A stretch of DNA of 63,015 nt, filler included, from Globobulimina sp. (taxonomy: Eukaryota), in assembly GCA_003354225.1 (NCBI GenBank). It is 57 parts of 57 records of this genome, joined end to end, with 100 filler letters (N's around TTAATTAATTAA, not from the genome) between each part and the next. Parts side by side here need not be neighbours in the genome. Positions count along the whole stretch, not along the records: positions 12,189 to 13,196 come from PIVH01025955.1; positions 13,297 to 14,304 come from PIVH01025956.1; positions 14,405 to 15,412 come from PIVH01025957.1; positions 15,513 to 16,520 come from PIVH01025958.1; positions 16,621 to 17,628 come from PIVH01025959.1; positions 17,729 to 18,736 come from PIVH01025960.1; positions 18,837 to 19,844 come from PIVH01025961.1; positions 19,945 to 20,952 come from PIVH01025962.1; 49 more parts are not named here. One strand, 5' to 3'. Shown here piece after piece: positions 13,041 to 26,488 of the stretch. The notes beneath the pieces are model-generated. The model searched no databases and was not told the DNA's origin. It was given only the letters and a program-made list of their open reading frames with translations. The translations under genes were made by a program, and so were the position numbers. Each line of letters begins with the position of its first letter. The stretch's first letter is position 1.

Positions 13041-13421
13041 TATTAATAGAGTATCGCATTTAATGTGAAAGGATCAAAAGCTTCGCCAATACTTTCTCGT
13101 TTGTTTTTCTTTTGTTCGTCTGAATCCTTGGATTGTGTTATTATAATCTTTGAGGATTTGTTGCATGAATTGGATGTCGAAAAGTATACGAATGTGNNNN
13201 NNNNNNNNNNNNNNNNNNNNNNNNNNNNNNNNNNNNNNNNTTAATTAATTAANNNNNNNNNNNNNNNNNNNNNNNNNNNNNNNNNNNNNNNNNNNNTTTT
13301 TACCCCCCTCGAGCAGCTGAGGTCTGGCATGTATGGGTCCCCAAACCCCCTAATTCACCTACGGGAGGGAGTCCCCCAATTAAATAAAAAATGTTTGTCT
13401 TAAGGGACGCTGGATTTTTGG

Positions 13422-13850
13422 CAATTTGGCGGTTTTTGGCTAAAATCGGCCAAAAAAAACAAATTTCGAAGTGCGAAATTTGTAAGAAAAGGTACGTAGT
13501 ACGTAGCGGTACCCTAAAAAGTATGACAGAAAAATGGTAAACCCCTTAAAATGAAATTTAATTAAAGTTTTGACTTTTTTCACGTAAGTTTCTGCAATTT
13601 CGCGGTTTTTGGCCAAAATCGGCAAAAAAAACTATTTCGAAGTGTGAAATTTGTAAGAAAAGGTACGTAGTACGTAGCGGTACCCTAAAAACCATGACCG
13701 AAAAATGGTAAACCCCTTAAAATGAAATTTAATTAAAGTTTTGACTTTTTTCACGTAAGTTTCTGCAATTTGGCGGTTTTTGGCTAAAATCGGCCAAAAA
13801 AAAAGAGCTACGAAGTTAGTAAAATGTAAGAAAAGGTGCGTTGTACGTTG
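13422..13850. repeat. Tandem repeat, ~172-bp unit, ~2.5 copies
   Basis: Units start CAATTT(G/C)GCGGTTTTTGG at 13422, 13595 and 13766 (periods 173 and 171). Confidence 0.95.
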
Positions 13851-14404
13851 CATTTTAAAACAGAATATATACCTAACTTTTGGCATTTTTAAAGGTAACC
13901 TAAACGCCTAAATTCTGGCTTGTTACCATATGGTAGGACCCGTTGGTCAACGAATTAGGGGCACGTCGGTCGGCCTGGGGGTGGGTGGAACCTGCTTGCG
14001 ACCCAAGCAGATTGACCGTTTTAGAACATTTTTAGCAGAACATTTTAGACAAAAAAGCGAAAAATAGTCATTTATTGTCAGGCACACCTGGAGGGCAATC
14101 GGGCAAGGCTTACCCTCCCCCCAGCGATGTTGACCAACTACACCTATGATTATCCTATATGGTAATATTACCATATATGGTAACTATTACCGTATGTGGT
14201 AATACAGCATTTGTGTTTCCATATATGGTATAGTTACCATAACATGATATTAGATCTCAGTCAGTTGCGCCACTAGTGCTGTGGAAAGAAACGCGTAAAC
14301 TTGGNNNNNNNNNNNNNNNNNNNNNNNNNNNNNNNNNNNNNNNNNNNNTTAATTAATTAANNNNNNNNNNNNNNNNNNNNNNNNNNNNNNNNNNNNNNNN
14401 NNNN

Positions 14405-15412
14405 TGGATCTCCTCTGAGGCTTCTGCAAATAATGCTTGGTTTGAAGGTGAAATTCGTGGCTCAAAAGCCAAAAAATGCGGTGATATCTTAGCTGAATGG
14501 GTCTATCATCGAAAGTGGTCCATTTTGAACGATGGGAAACCAACAAGAATTAGGAAGAAACAGAGGACGGCGCCAGACGTAGCTATGATAAATACCTACG
14601 CAAAGGGCGGTGATTGGCAGTTTTGGTCGGAGGATTTTAGTGATTGTAGCGACGGGAAATATTTTTCAGATCATGTATGTATGTACACCTTCCACAACAA
14701 AGGCGATTTATATGAGAAGTCGCCGGATGAGTACACCATAAAATTGGGTGAAGATAGAAATTGGGCCAAATGGGAGATAGAGCTCAGTGACAAAGTGGCA
14801 GAGTGGAATGGTAATTTTGGCGACAAAATAAACAAAATCATAGACCATTACTTGGATCATTATGGGGACGGAGTTACAAATATTAACCGGCAGTACTTGT
14901 TAAACCATGGTGGAATGTCGGAGGATGACATTATTGATGCGGTAGAATCGTATTTTAAGAATGTTATCATTGACACATCGATGGACGTGCTGGGTTTGAG
15001 AAAGAAATCGAAGGGGAAAGCAATGCCGTGGATGACGCAAGAAATCAGAAGAGCTATTTCGGACTTTAAGTGTTATAAAAGACGCTTTGAGCTATTCTCA
15101 AAAAAGAAAAAGAAAAAATGTAAAGGAGTATTGGAGGAAAAGAAGGCAGTTAGAAATGATTTGTGTGAAAAGGGAAGAATTGCGTGGCTGAGGGATGAAA
15201 TACGAGGCATGGCGAGCGATGGACGCATGCCATGGAAGAAAGTAAATAAAATCATTAAATATGATAAAGCCGCATCGGATATGATACCAGTTTGGTATAA
15301 GAAGGATGGCACAGTGGATGCAATCAAGTCAATCGATAAGGCGAATAATTATCTAAATTACATTCATAGATTCGATGATGATGAAATGGAGGAGGAAATG
15401 GAAGAAATTCAG
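14405..15412 (+). mobile_element. Non-LTR retrotransposon ORF2 fragment: end of APE endonuclease and linker to RT
   Basis: ILNDGKPTR, APDVAM, FSDH, then PWMTQEIRRAI and WKKVNKI; frame open from the contig start. Confidence 0.8.
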
Positions 15413-15915
15413 NNNNNNNNNNNNNNNNNNNNNNNNNNNNNNNNNNNNNNNNNNNNTTAATTAATTAANNNNNNNNNNNNNNNNNNNNNNNNNNNNNNNN
15501 NNNNNNNNNNNNGTGTTTTGAAAGAATTTGGCAAAATGATGAGTCAGTTACATTCAGATCTCATCGAACAGTTTATTACCAATGAAATATCGGCAGAGAA
15601 AAATATGGACAAATTGTTCGATTTAATGAGTCAATATAAAAATCAAAATCAAACACAAAATGTATTAAAACATGCAAGATTCTAAAATACTTTAGGTTGG
15701 GATAAATAATTTATTTAATATTTAATTGTAGATTGTTGTGTATTACTAATTGTAGATTTATTTTTTTTCTGCAAACCTGGAATTTCTTAATATTTGTTAA
15801 AACGAAAAAATTCAATATTTCGGATTTACGGAATTTGAACACTACCTAAATTGGTAAATTTGCATTATTTGCAGAAAAAAAACCACACCGCTTCAAAAAA
15901 GGTAATAGCATAATC

Positions 15916-16413
15916 ATGGTAGTCTGGGCACCTATCGCTTTACGATGGATCGCTGGTTTTTGGTGTTTGAGCACATTGTTCTTTTCAGCAATGATGATAA
16001 TTAAGCCACAGATTCCGCTCTCAGTGTTCCATTCAAATGTAAACGATTACAAAAAATTCTTTGGAGATAAACATATTAATCAAGAAGAAAACGAGGCGCT
16101 ATCAAATGTCAAAACAAATGATGATATAAAGCATAATGAAATTCATTTACAAAAATTGATAGGAATACAAGCTGTTGGCAGAGCATTATATGGTATTTTT
16201 GTAATTATTTCGGGTGATAATAGCGCCATTGTTTCGTTTTGCATAGTAAATATTATTACAGATTCAATGTCTGGAGTTCTATATTGGTCATCAAGGGATT
16301 TAATAATGCGATTCCAAGTGTATACGCATTTGGTAATATTTGCAATCCTAAACCTTTTACAATTAATATTTGTGTGCCTTTCTGCTTCAAATTACAGGCT
16401 AAAAAGTGATTAA
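15916..16413 (+). CDS. Small 4-TM membrane protein, function unknown
   Basis: Complete ORF with four hydrophobic segments. Confidence 0.65.
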   Translation: MVVWAPIALRWIAGFWCLSTLFFSAMMIIKPQIPLSVFHSNVNDYKKFFGDKHINQEENEALSNVKTNDDIKHNEIHLQKLIGIQAVGRALYGIFVIISGDNSAIVSFCIVNIITDSMSGVLYWSSRDLIMRFQVYTHLVIFAILNLLQLIFVCLSASNYRLKSD

Positions 16414-16620
16414 TTTGGAGCATCATCTTTGATATAATTATTATTCTAAATGTTATACTTTTGTGCTTGTATCCTTGCACTTGCGTTAGTTTAATCAAAT
16501 GACTTTTTAGGCTTAAACTTNNNNNNNNNNNNNNNNNNNNNNNNNNNNNNNNNNNNNNNNNNNNTTAATTAATTAANNNNNNNNNNNNNNNNNNNNNNNN
16601 NNNNNNNNNNNNNNNNNNNN

Positions 16621-17429
16621 GGCGCATTTGTAGTGCTTGGCGCATTTGTAGTGCTTGGCGCATTTGTAGTGCTTGGATTTTGAGTGGGAACATGCGTTGG
16701 AACAGGTGTTATTGGATTATTTGTTGGTGATTTAGTTGAACTTGGACCATTTTGTAGACAGTTAAGAGTATACGTATTTGAATTAGGATATTCCAGTTGG
16801 ATTGGCGTGTTTTGTCCTTTTGATATATCTGGCCATACCATTGTTGTCCACGCCATATAATAATCCCAGCAGGTTAAAATTGGTTCATTTTGGGTACAAT
16901 GCCACGAAAAGTAATATGGTTCAAAATACCACCATCTGTTAGTAATTGAATTTTTCCATACATTTTCGCCAAGAGCTACATCAAATCTATCGCAGCCATT
17001 AGGAGCATTGGGGATTGATATTGCATCACAGTCCAAAGATGGACATGAATTGGCAAATATTTGTACATCATAGTCAATAACATATGCGATAGCGTTGATA
17101 TCGATGGTATACCACGTATTACAAGTTCTGAGGGTTGATGATGAGTTACAGAATGCAAAGTCGCCACTGCCTAATGTGGGAGAAATACCCCAATCATTGA
17201 ATAGGGTCCAATACATATAAAATGTGGTACAATTTAATCCCGCGCTTTTTCGATAATATGGTTTGTTGTTATATGGCGTTGGTTCAGCAATATAAAGACC
17301 ATTCATTGCAGTATGAGTATACGTATTATTGTCCGTGTTGCCCCAAACGCAAATTGGAGTGATTGGAGGAGGAGTAGGAGGTACTGATAATATTGTTTTT
17401 ATTAACATTAATAACAGAAGATGTGTCAT
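16621..17429 (-). CDS. Secreted Cys/Trp-rich protein with PT-rich stalk and 18-bp (PSTTNA) tandem repeat, 3'-partial
   Basis: Signal peptide; GGCGCATTTGTAGTGCTT x3 at 16621-16674. Confidence 0.75.
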
Positions 17430-18912
17430 GGTTTTTATTTTGTATAAACAGTAGCTAGTCTATAAAAACAACAACTAATGTCGGCTTATGTCGCTGATAA
17501 AAAAAGTTCATATGTTATAGAAAATGCCCAATATGATGGTCACCTGTCAGGAATGAACAAAATAATCCAAAACGAAATTCTATTTAAACTGAAAATATCG
17601 TTCAAGTAAAGGGGAGTTCTGATCAATTNNNNNNNNNNNNNNNNNNNNNNNNNNNNNNNNNNNNNNNNNNNNTTAATTAATTAANNNNNNNNNNNNNNNN
17701 NNNNNNNNNNNNNNNNNNNNNNNNNNNNCTTTGTTTACTACCGAAGGGCTTTAGCTGCAAGCGTTCCAAAAAGTGATTCTTGTCCCTTTGGAACATCTAT
17801 CAAGATATATAGAATCAAAAATTCATTTCAAAATTACCTCTTGCATTAAATTATTATAGTGATAAACATCCATAAAAAGCATCAGAAATTCCATAATAGT
17901 GATAATACAGTATCAGAAATTACATGTCATAATTTTTTGTTTGATATTTTGTGGAATATATGTATGTGTTTTTTTTATATAAAATTACAAAGTATACAAA
18001 CATATACAACAGAAACAATTAAAAAACAGAAATTAAATAAATGTGATGATTGGGATTGGAACCCAAATCTTCTTTAAATATATGCTTTCCTTAAGCTATC
18101 ATCACAAAAAATTAGACGCCGCACATTATCATTCACATTCTCTTGTGGTTCAGTACCATTTTGTTGGTATTCATTTTCTCGCTTTCTGTGATAAACATTA
18201 TTCCTCATCATTCGAATTCACATCATACGCATTATCAAATCCATCATCCACTGATTGAACAGACATCTTTGTACTCTCGCCACCATCAACAGGCGTAATA
18301 ATAGCTATAGCTCCTCGACTAACTTGGGATCTGTCTAGTTTTTGCCAGATCGTGAATGCAATATATTTTGCATTTATTATCACATCTCGAACACATAAAA
18401 ACATAATGGTCTGGATCGGTCGGAATCAAATCCTCAGGAAAATCATCAAAAGCCACAGTAATTGGGATATTTTTAATTTTCTCTTTAAATTTGTCGTATT
18501 TGTTAAACAACAGTATTTACCAAATCCATAATTTACTCAACCAATCGATTTGTGCTATTATCTTCATATAAAAAGCATATTATATTCAGAGATGGCCACC
18601 ACATAAATAATTGTATTCAAATCATGATCCATACGACGTCCATTGTAATAATCCAAATTCCCTACGACGTCCATATGATAAAATAAATCCATACGACGTA
18701 AAAAATAAAATATGATAATAATCCATTTTAATATCANNNNNNNNNNNNNNNNNNNNNNNNNNNNNNNNNNNNNNNNNNNNTTAATTAATTAANNNNNNNN
18801 NNNNNNNNNNNNNNNNNNNNNNNNNNNNNNNNNNNNACCATAACAAAAATAGCACCAACAAAAATAGTATTATATTTAATTAAGAAAAAATAACAAAATA
18901 TTGCTTTTTTTT

Positions 18913-19844
18913 TTAGCCTAATATATTATCAAAATCCATGGCAGCCATAATCTCTTTTGCTCCATAAAAATCTTCAATTGCTTTTTGATACGCTAAATGT
19001 GAGCCCTTTTCATCATACAAAACAACACAAAAAACATATATTATACAAAATGCGAATAAGCGTAACTTTAAGTCTTTTAAATGAAACAATATATCGTTTC
19101 TCTTCACTTTCTTCTTGTTCTGGTTCTGGTTCTTGTTTTTCTTTTTCTTTTTCATCCTCAGAGTCCACATCCTCATCATTGACATAATCGGAGTCGTCGA
19201 CTAAAAATTGTTTGCAGGCAAATATAACATCTTCGTCGCCGCCTTTATCATCAAAGACTACGGCGCACCGAATCAAAGTGATGTTGTTTTTGGGCGAAAT
19301 GGTGCTTTTTGCACCCACTCTATCGGCAATTCTCTCGATTCGCGCGGCAATCTGAGCGGGAGGGGCATACGTAAAAAATTGATAAAAAGTATTTACAAAT
19401 AAATCATCGCGAACATGGTCCATATTTAAATTAAATTCGTTTTTGGGATCGATTTCTTTGGCACGCAACTCCATCGCGGATAATTTGATTAATTTATGTC
19501 CAATTTGCTGGCTGCGACGCGTAAAATTCTCCACCGAGGTCGCGCCCTGTTCTTCCAACTGCTTTTTGATTTTAATGGCTCTCTCTTTCACCACAGTCCG
19601 CACTCTGTGCTGTAAATACTTTCGTAATTCTGGCGCCGAATACGTTTTGTCATTGTACCATTTGTGCAATTTGATGTGTTTGATGTCGTATCTATACTCG
19701 GCATAAGGATGCAACATTCGCTCTAATAAATTCTTTAAGATTTTGTCGAATTGCCGCGTCCTTTCGTGCGCCTTCCAAAATAACTCGATCTTGGCGGTCC
19801 CGGCGGCGATGTGCTTATCGCGGTCTTTTTGATACTTTTGTTTG
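18913..19844 (-). CDS. Ser/Thr kinase C-terminal half with KA1-like tail, spliced
   Basis: LLERMLHPYAEYRYDIKHIKLHKWY (subdomain XI-like); VSFKRLK, intron, GSHLAYQKAIEDF. Confidence 0.65.
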
Positions 19845-20059
19845 NNNNNNNNNNNNNNNNNNNNNNNNNNNNNNNNNNNNNNNNNNNNTTAATTAATTAA
19901 NNNNNNNNNNNNNNNNNNNNNNNNNNNNNNNNNNNNNNNNNNNNTCGTTTTTTTTTTGTGTGCCAATATGTCTGGTTTTTATCGCTTGTATTTTTTCAAA
20001 AAGTTTTTTATCAAACACTTGATACTGTCTTTGTTCTGCTTTTATATCACATAAAATGT

Positions 20060-20952
20060 CGTCATTTAATTTCCCAGACAATGTGAATGAAGCCACCCAT
20101 TCAACTCAATTGTTATGTGTACAATTAAAAAATAAACCAATTAAACCAAACCATATAATATTAAACATATTTAGTTCATTCGATGAATCATTAATCTGTC
20201 CAAATTTTATTTCATCGCCGTCATTATCCACTCATACATCAAATAAATCTGTAAAATCAAATAGTTCGAACGACGATGTCGTCGAAGCAATCAGTTGCAT
20301 GGAAAATGGCTGTTTTATGGTATATATAATAATAATATGTGATACTATTTTCATTTCTCTTTAAATTAACCACTTCCATTAATGATATATAGCTTGTATT
20401 GAAGTTAGAAATGAGTACACATCCTAACAACAATAACAATAATATGCCAATTGAATGGCATTTAAATCATTTAGATATAAATCATGAATATATCGAATCG
20501 TCAGACGGAAATAATCGAATAAATATATGTGACATTGATAAAATAAATAAGTTACATATTGATAATATATCAGAGGTCTCTTCAATATTAAATATCTCTG
20601 GTTTGCAGGAAAATGGTTTGCAATCTGTCACATTACGATTAATAATGGAGAATGGCGATGGTTATGCCTTAATATTTGAGGAATATCAAACCTGTTTTAT
20701 ATGGAATCGTGGCTTGAAAACCATCAAACATATGATATCCATACAGCAGCCAATAACCACCATTGCATTTTGTGTATCATCCATTGACCGTATAAACAAT
20801 GATGAAATGCGGCAAAAAATGAAAATCAGTGATAATTATTCAATTGCGTGGATTACAAACATCAAAAACAAACTGTATGGTGTCCAAAAACAGATTCATC
20901 GATGTCATCAATTTGCGCAGTCATTCTGTATATTTGTATGTAAATATCTATC
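20060..20952 (+). CDS. Hypothetical protein, possible PH-like domain
   Basis: Beta-rich segment ending in helix TCFIWNRGLKTI. Confidence 0.3.
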
Positions 20953-21052
20953 NNNNNNNNNNNNNNNNNNNNNNNNNNNNNNNNNNNNNNNNNNNNTTAA
21001 TTAATTAANNNNNNNNNNNNNNNNNNNNNNNNNNNNNNNNNNNNNNNNNNNN

Positions 21053-22060
21053 AGAGCAGAATGATTTTAATGTATTATTTGACAAAAAAAGCAAAACGTT
21101 TTGTCACATTATATCCGATACTCAAAAATCAATGAAAACGATATCTGTGAAGGCGATAATGACGAAATACCACGGCGTGTTATATTTGTAATTGATAAAT
21201 CGGGCAGTATGAAAGGCATAAAATGGGATAAAACTATTTGTTCCACAGTGACTGCAATAAAACAACTAAGAATCAATTATGATAGGTATTGTGTCTTGTT
21301 TTTTGATGATAAAATTGAGTCAGCATCGAATCGAATGATATTAGCAAATAATGAGAATAAATGTGAATCAATTTCCTTTGTAAAAAATAGAAAAATCGGA
21401 GGTGGAACAGATATTAATGTTGCATTATTAAAAAGCATTGAAATGATGAAAAACGATATAAAATTATTGAATGTCGAAGAAAAAGATTGTTTTAATTTTT
21501 ATATGAACCAAATTGTATTTGTGACAGATGGTGCACCAACGAGAGGTGTTGTAGACACCAAACAAATTATATTAAATGTACAAAATGCAAATACATTGAG
21601 TGGTATCGATAAATATTCAAACAAAATATCAATATATTCATTTGGCGTTGGCAGAAATGGGAACGATTCCAAATGGGCAAAAGATTTAAATCATTCATTC
21701 TTGAAATTATTATCAATGCAAAACAATGCAATTTATAAAAGAATAAAAGAGTCACAATGCGATACCCAATTAACTGATATTTTTAATGTTTTATCCAAGC
21801 CAATTTTGACAAATATTAAAGTGGAATACATGTCAAACATTACATCATTGACATCCACACAGTTTGATTCATTGTATTATGGAAACGATATTATTATTTG
21901 CGGCCGTTATCATATAAACGATGTTATAACCGAAAAAATATCAGCCATTACCGGCAAACAAATAAAAAAAAACAATAAATCGGTCACCAAACCAATCCAT
22001 ATTCATAAAACAATGAAAATTGATTTTGTGAATGCGGAGAATGACAATAATATCGAACGG
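21053..22060 (+). CDS. VWA-domain protein, inter-alpha-trypsin-inhibitor/VWA5-like, partial
   Basis: FVIDKSGSM (MIDAS), GGGTDINVAL, FVTDGAPT, YSFGVG, SKPILTNI. Confidence 0.9.
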
Positions 22061-22160
22061 NNNNNNNNNNNNNNNNNNNNNNNNNNNNNNNNNNNNNNNN
22101 NNNNTTAATTAATTAANNNNNNNNNNNNNNNNNNNNNNNNNNNNNNNNNNNNNNNNNNNN

Positions 22161-23168
22161 CGCCAGTAATACCCCTCCTAAAAAAAGAGTGACCATCTGA
22201 ACCAGTGCTTGAGTTGGCAATATACACAGTGCCACCAACAACTTTGTGTTTTATTTTGTTTTTAGTTTTTGCAAAAATATTGACAGATTACAACAAAACA
22301 AGTCACATACATTCGGCTTTATCGTTGCGCAAAACAGAATTATTGATATCAACATTTGAACCTGCATCGACACGTAAAAAGCCTCCCATATCGGCAGAGT
22401 TTTTTTGAGTTCTGCACTTGTTACATGTCAAGTTACTTTTGAATGTATAAATTGCACCATAATTTGATTCAAAATAACATTGTTCTAATTTAAGGTCACA
22501 GCCCTCCGCGCCATAAATTGTTCCTCCGGCTACTCTGGCACCATTATTGATTGCTGATACATTGCGCATATTAAGGGAACTTCTTTCCAAATACAGAAAT
22601 CCTCCACCATCTGTGTGGAATTATAATTATTAATTGTATTGTTACACAAATAAACACATACACCCAAAAGCAACTGTATCTCGTGCAATTGTATCGGTAA
22701 TATTTAATGTAATTCCTATACCAAACAGAAATCCTCCAGAATCTGCTGCATTATCGCTGATATTACAATCGTTGATAGACACTAACGCCGAGTCATAGGT
22801 ATCATTGATGTATATACCACCACCAAACCCTGATACTGCATTACCATCAAATGTGCAATGATCAACCTCAATCCGTGAATTTGATCCAGTTACGAATGCA
22901 ACGCCTCCGTCTATACAATTAACGTTATCATCAATCCATTCACATTGGGCACCAGTGTTTTGTATAAAGTCCGAGTGCATAAGACTGAGCGTAAAATCAT
23001 CTGCATCATAGCGAAATAATGCTGTTATATATCATTTATAGATAAGATATACAGCACAACCAACAAAAACACTTAACATCCTTGGCCTTCTCCGGTGTTG
23101 TTTACAAACTCAGAGTATAACACAGTAATATCTCTTGCATCTATCATCATCATACCAGTAATGGTGTT
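22161..23168 (-). CDS. Parallel beta-helix (Pmp-like) protein, multi-exon, partial
   Basis: FDGNAVSGFGGGIY, DNAADSGGFL, NSADMGGFL; short introns. Confidence 0.8.
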
Positions 23169-24375
23169 NNNNNNNNNNNNNNNNNNNNNNNNNNNNNNNN
23201 NNNNNNNNNNNNTTAATTAATTAANNNNNNNNNNNNNNNNNNNNNNNNNNNNNNNNNNNNNNNNNNNNGAGAGAGGCATTGGCACAAAAGTGAAGTACTA
23301 GGGGATCAGTGAAGTTGGCATAAGAAACCTTTTAATACATACAGTGGTGTATCAACATAACTGTGAAAATAAAGGTTCAATATGATAGAATAGCCAGACC
23401 ATCGCAAATATGGTTCAGAGATAGAGTTTGGATCCAGGTGTTAAAGGAGGTCATTTCGGGCAGTTCTGTCATAGACCATCGATGGCCGGGACTTTAATAT
23501 CGACTCTGAGGTTGTTGGAAAGTGTTATACTGGAAGTTGTTAATGGAATCCCATAGCTGAAATGTGACCTGACTGTAAAAGATCGATTAGATGGCATTGG
23601 TTCTGGATTTGAACAAGGGGAGGAAGGAACATCCAAAAGACAAGTTCAAAAATACAAAATACATACAAATAGTTCATCCAGAGATATCGTGATCAAAGAT
23701 TAGATGTCAGTCAAAGTAGTGTTTCCCGTGATATATAAGAATAATAGAATGCTAGTGGACAGCAAATGAAGGAAAGTTGTGAATATAGTAATGATAAAAT
23801 GTTTGATGATGTACATACCGTGAAACTGCCTATTTTTATGATTTTATCCCAGGAATATATAGATCTGATAGTAAAATATATACGGGTTACTGGACCGACC
23901 AACGTTCAGTTTGTATTTAGCAGGTTACATCATTTTATATTACATAATAATTATAATATCTTTAGTAATAGTAATAGTAATAGTATATTTAGTATACAAT
24001 AGTAATAATAGTAATTAGTGTAATTTTAATTATAATTTCAGATTGTCAGCAATTGTGTGTTCTTTGTAATCCGTAACAGCTTTGTGTTATTTTAGTAACA
24101 ATTGTCCTCTTGTTTGTCAGCTAAATGTTGCATGACTTTTATTTTAGCAACTTTTTTTTTCGACCCATTTATAGAGAAGATCCGTGATTGAACAAGGTAT
24201 TGTAATCCGATATACAAGTTACTCCAGCAGTTTGGACCTCATGTGGCAGTGGAATGTGATTAGACATTTTGTTCCNNNNNNNNNNNNNNNNNNNNNNNNN
24301 NNNNNNNNNNNNNNNNNNNTTAATTAATTAANNNNNNNNNNNNNNNNNNNNNNNNNNNNNNNNNNNNNNNNNNNN

Positions 24376-24973
24376 CTGAAAATATTATTATATAATTAAA
24401 AAATAAAGTTAAAAACCAGATGATTCCAAGAGCAATTGACAGATAACGAAGCCACTGCAACTCCTTTTTGTCCGTATTTGACATCGTCTGTTGAATATTA
24501 ACCTGATGCTTATGTATAAGAATAAGTGACCAGGTAGTATAAAATAATCCCGAGACAAATACCAATATTTCCGAATATAGAATATACCACTCATACCCCA
24601 CTCCATCATTCTGAAAAATAAATACTTTTTCTGTTCCATCCAGCATGTAAAAAGGGATTGCCAGAACAATAAGCGATAATGTTGGCACCAGGTTTATCAA
24701 TACAAACCATGCATTATTAATCCTTTTTCCGGTAATCTCTGAAACATAGAAATATAGCAGAACACCTTGTAATACAGGCAATGGGAATTCTAAACCAAGG
24801 TAATGAGGATACTCATATAATGCCTCAGAATGCAGAAGATAATTTAATAATTGGTGGATAAATATTACAAACAGCCATATGACAAGTATTTTGTCAGCCC
24901 GTGATTTATTTTTCTTTATCAATAAAAGAAACTCAAGAAAAACTGATACCGAAATTCCTAATATGAAAAACAT
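24376..24973 (-). CDS. Bacterial (Bacteroidota-like) multi-TM N-terminus of an AraC-type regulator, 3'-partial
   Basis: KKNKSRADKIL, YPH, SNTDKKELQWL pattern; intronless; divergent ORF start MKQKLL at ~25363; the HTH itself is outside the contig. Confidence 0.65.
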
Positions 24974-25654
24974 ATCTTTAAACTTTCATTAAAGTTCAGT
25001 TCAAAATTGAAAACTGAAAATTACACATTATTATTGGTTTGAGAGAAATGTTATTCCTATTTAAATTTTGAGGGCTGATAGAGTTAAATAGTTAATAATA
25101 ACTTCATGGTTAAATATCGCCGTGCTTTCAACTTACATTTTGTGTGTTTGAACTAATATTGGAAACAGATTAATTTTCTGAATATAAAAAGGTGGCTTTT
25201 ATATAATATCAAAGCCAATACACAATACGCTCTAAACATGATTATTGGGTATTATTTATGATTACATTTGTGAACAATGAATAAATTAAATCATTATTTA
25301 ATACAATTAAATAAAACTCTTTTATCAAAAAAATAAAAATCACATTACAAAAACAAAAAACCATGAAACAGAAACTTCTATTNNNNNNNNNNNNNNNNNN
25401 NNNNNNNNNNNNNNNNNNNNNNNNNNTTAATTAATTAANNNNNNNNNNNNNNNNNNNNNNNNNNNNNNNNNNNNNNNNNNNNGATTGGATGAAAAAATTG
25501 GGAAAAAAAAGAAAAAAAAAGAAAAAATGAATTGGATTTGGATGAATATGATGATGAGGAGCTAGTGCATGCCCATCATCATAATTTAAATTTATTGTTT
25601 TTGTTTTTTATTCTTAGAAACGAATAAATGTTTTTTTTGTGTGCAAGGAGAGAT

Positions 25655-25676
25655 ATCTGACAGTTAACTGTCAGAT
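25655..25676. repeat. Perfect 22-bp palindrome ATCTGACAGTTAACTGTCAGAT
   Basis: Self reverse-complementary; followed by ATCCGTGGTCATCCA x2. Confidence 0.9.
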
Positions 25677-26237
25677 CGATAAAATCCGTGGTCATCCAAT
25701 CCGTGGTCATCCAAGACCCCAAATCCTTTCTTTCCAAATTCCTTTTTTCTTTTTTCTTTTTTCAATTTTTTCCATTCAATCAGTGGTGGCTTATAACCAC
25801 CAATCCTTTCCTTTTTTTTTCCAATTTTTTCCTTTCAGTTCGTGGTGTTCCCCCACCACCATCTTTTTCTTCCTTCTTTTTCCAATTTTTTTCATTTATT
25901 TCGCGGTCTGCCAGGACCGCTATCCTTTCCTTCATTTTTTTCTTTTTTTTTTCAATTTTTGTGTTGTTGTGGTGATGATGGCGATGCACTGTGCCATCAT
26001 CATAATAAAACTCCCAATAATTATTCGCATCGCTTTGGCGACGCAAAAATGCCTCTCCTCCACATCCAAACCAATTCAATCCCAAATCCAATCCAATTTA
26101 ATTTAATTATTATAATTTGTAACGTGATAAAGATGCAGTTTGATATACTGCATTTTCACGTTACATAAATATTTGGGAGCATGCGTGTCATAGCAGAGGC
26201 TCGTTTCTATTTAATTAATATCCATATGATATCCATC

Positions 26238-26319
26238 TCCTCACCGTAGGATTCGAACCTACATCCATTTGGTTTGCTTTCCATTCAAACCAATGCTCTG
26301 CCAATTGAGCTAGGTGGAT
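26238..26319 (-). tRNA. tRNA-like unit (pseudo-tRNA or SINE head) with aberrant anticodon arm
   Basis: D-arm GCTC-AATTGGCA-GAGC, T-arm GTAGG-TTCGAAT-CCTAC, canonical A and B boxes; anticodon arm TTGGTTTG/CAAACCAA with 9-nt loop; imperfect acceptor stem. Confidence 0.7.
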
Positions 26320-26375
26320 ATCTAATTCCAATGTGGAGGACTATTTTTCAAATGAATTATAAATTTTATATTCAT

Positions 26376-26488
26376 GTCAGGGGAGGAGTGGAATGAGTAC
26401 TTTTAATTAATCCACGCTCCCAGCAGGCAATTGACTAGGTGCTTTTTGAAGTTTTAAGTATTAGTACTTAGAAAAAAGTTAGTTAGCA
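26376..26488 (-). repeat. 113-bp interspersed repeat, putative transposon terminus (copy 1)
   Basis: Reverse complement aligns ungapped to 61242-61354 with about 7 mismatches. Confidence 0.92.

Noticed and set aside
13422-13886. ORFs 13440-13625 and 13632-13886, or a CRISPR array
   Set aside because: Translations of a ~172-bp tandem repeat with no unique spacers
23269-24275. Possible alternative genetic code or organellar gene in contig 22
   Set aside because: Frames tried contain mixed TAA/TAG/TGA stops and no recognisable motif; other genes here end with standard stops
25639-26168. Four overlapping F-rich or K-rich ORFs
   Set aside because: Products of low-complexity T/A tracts with no protein-like composition
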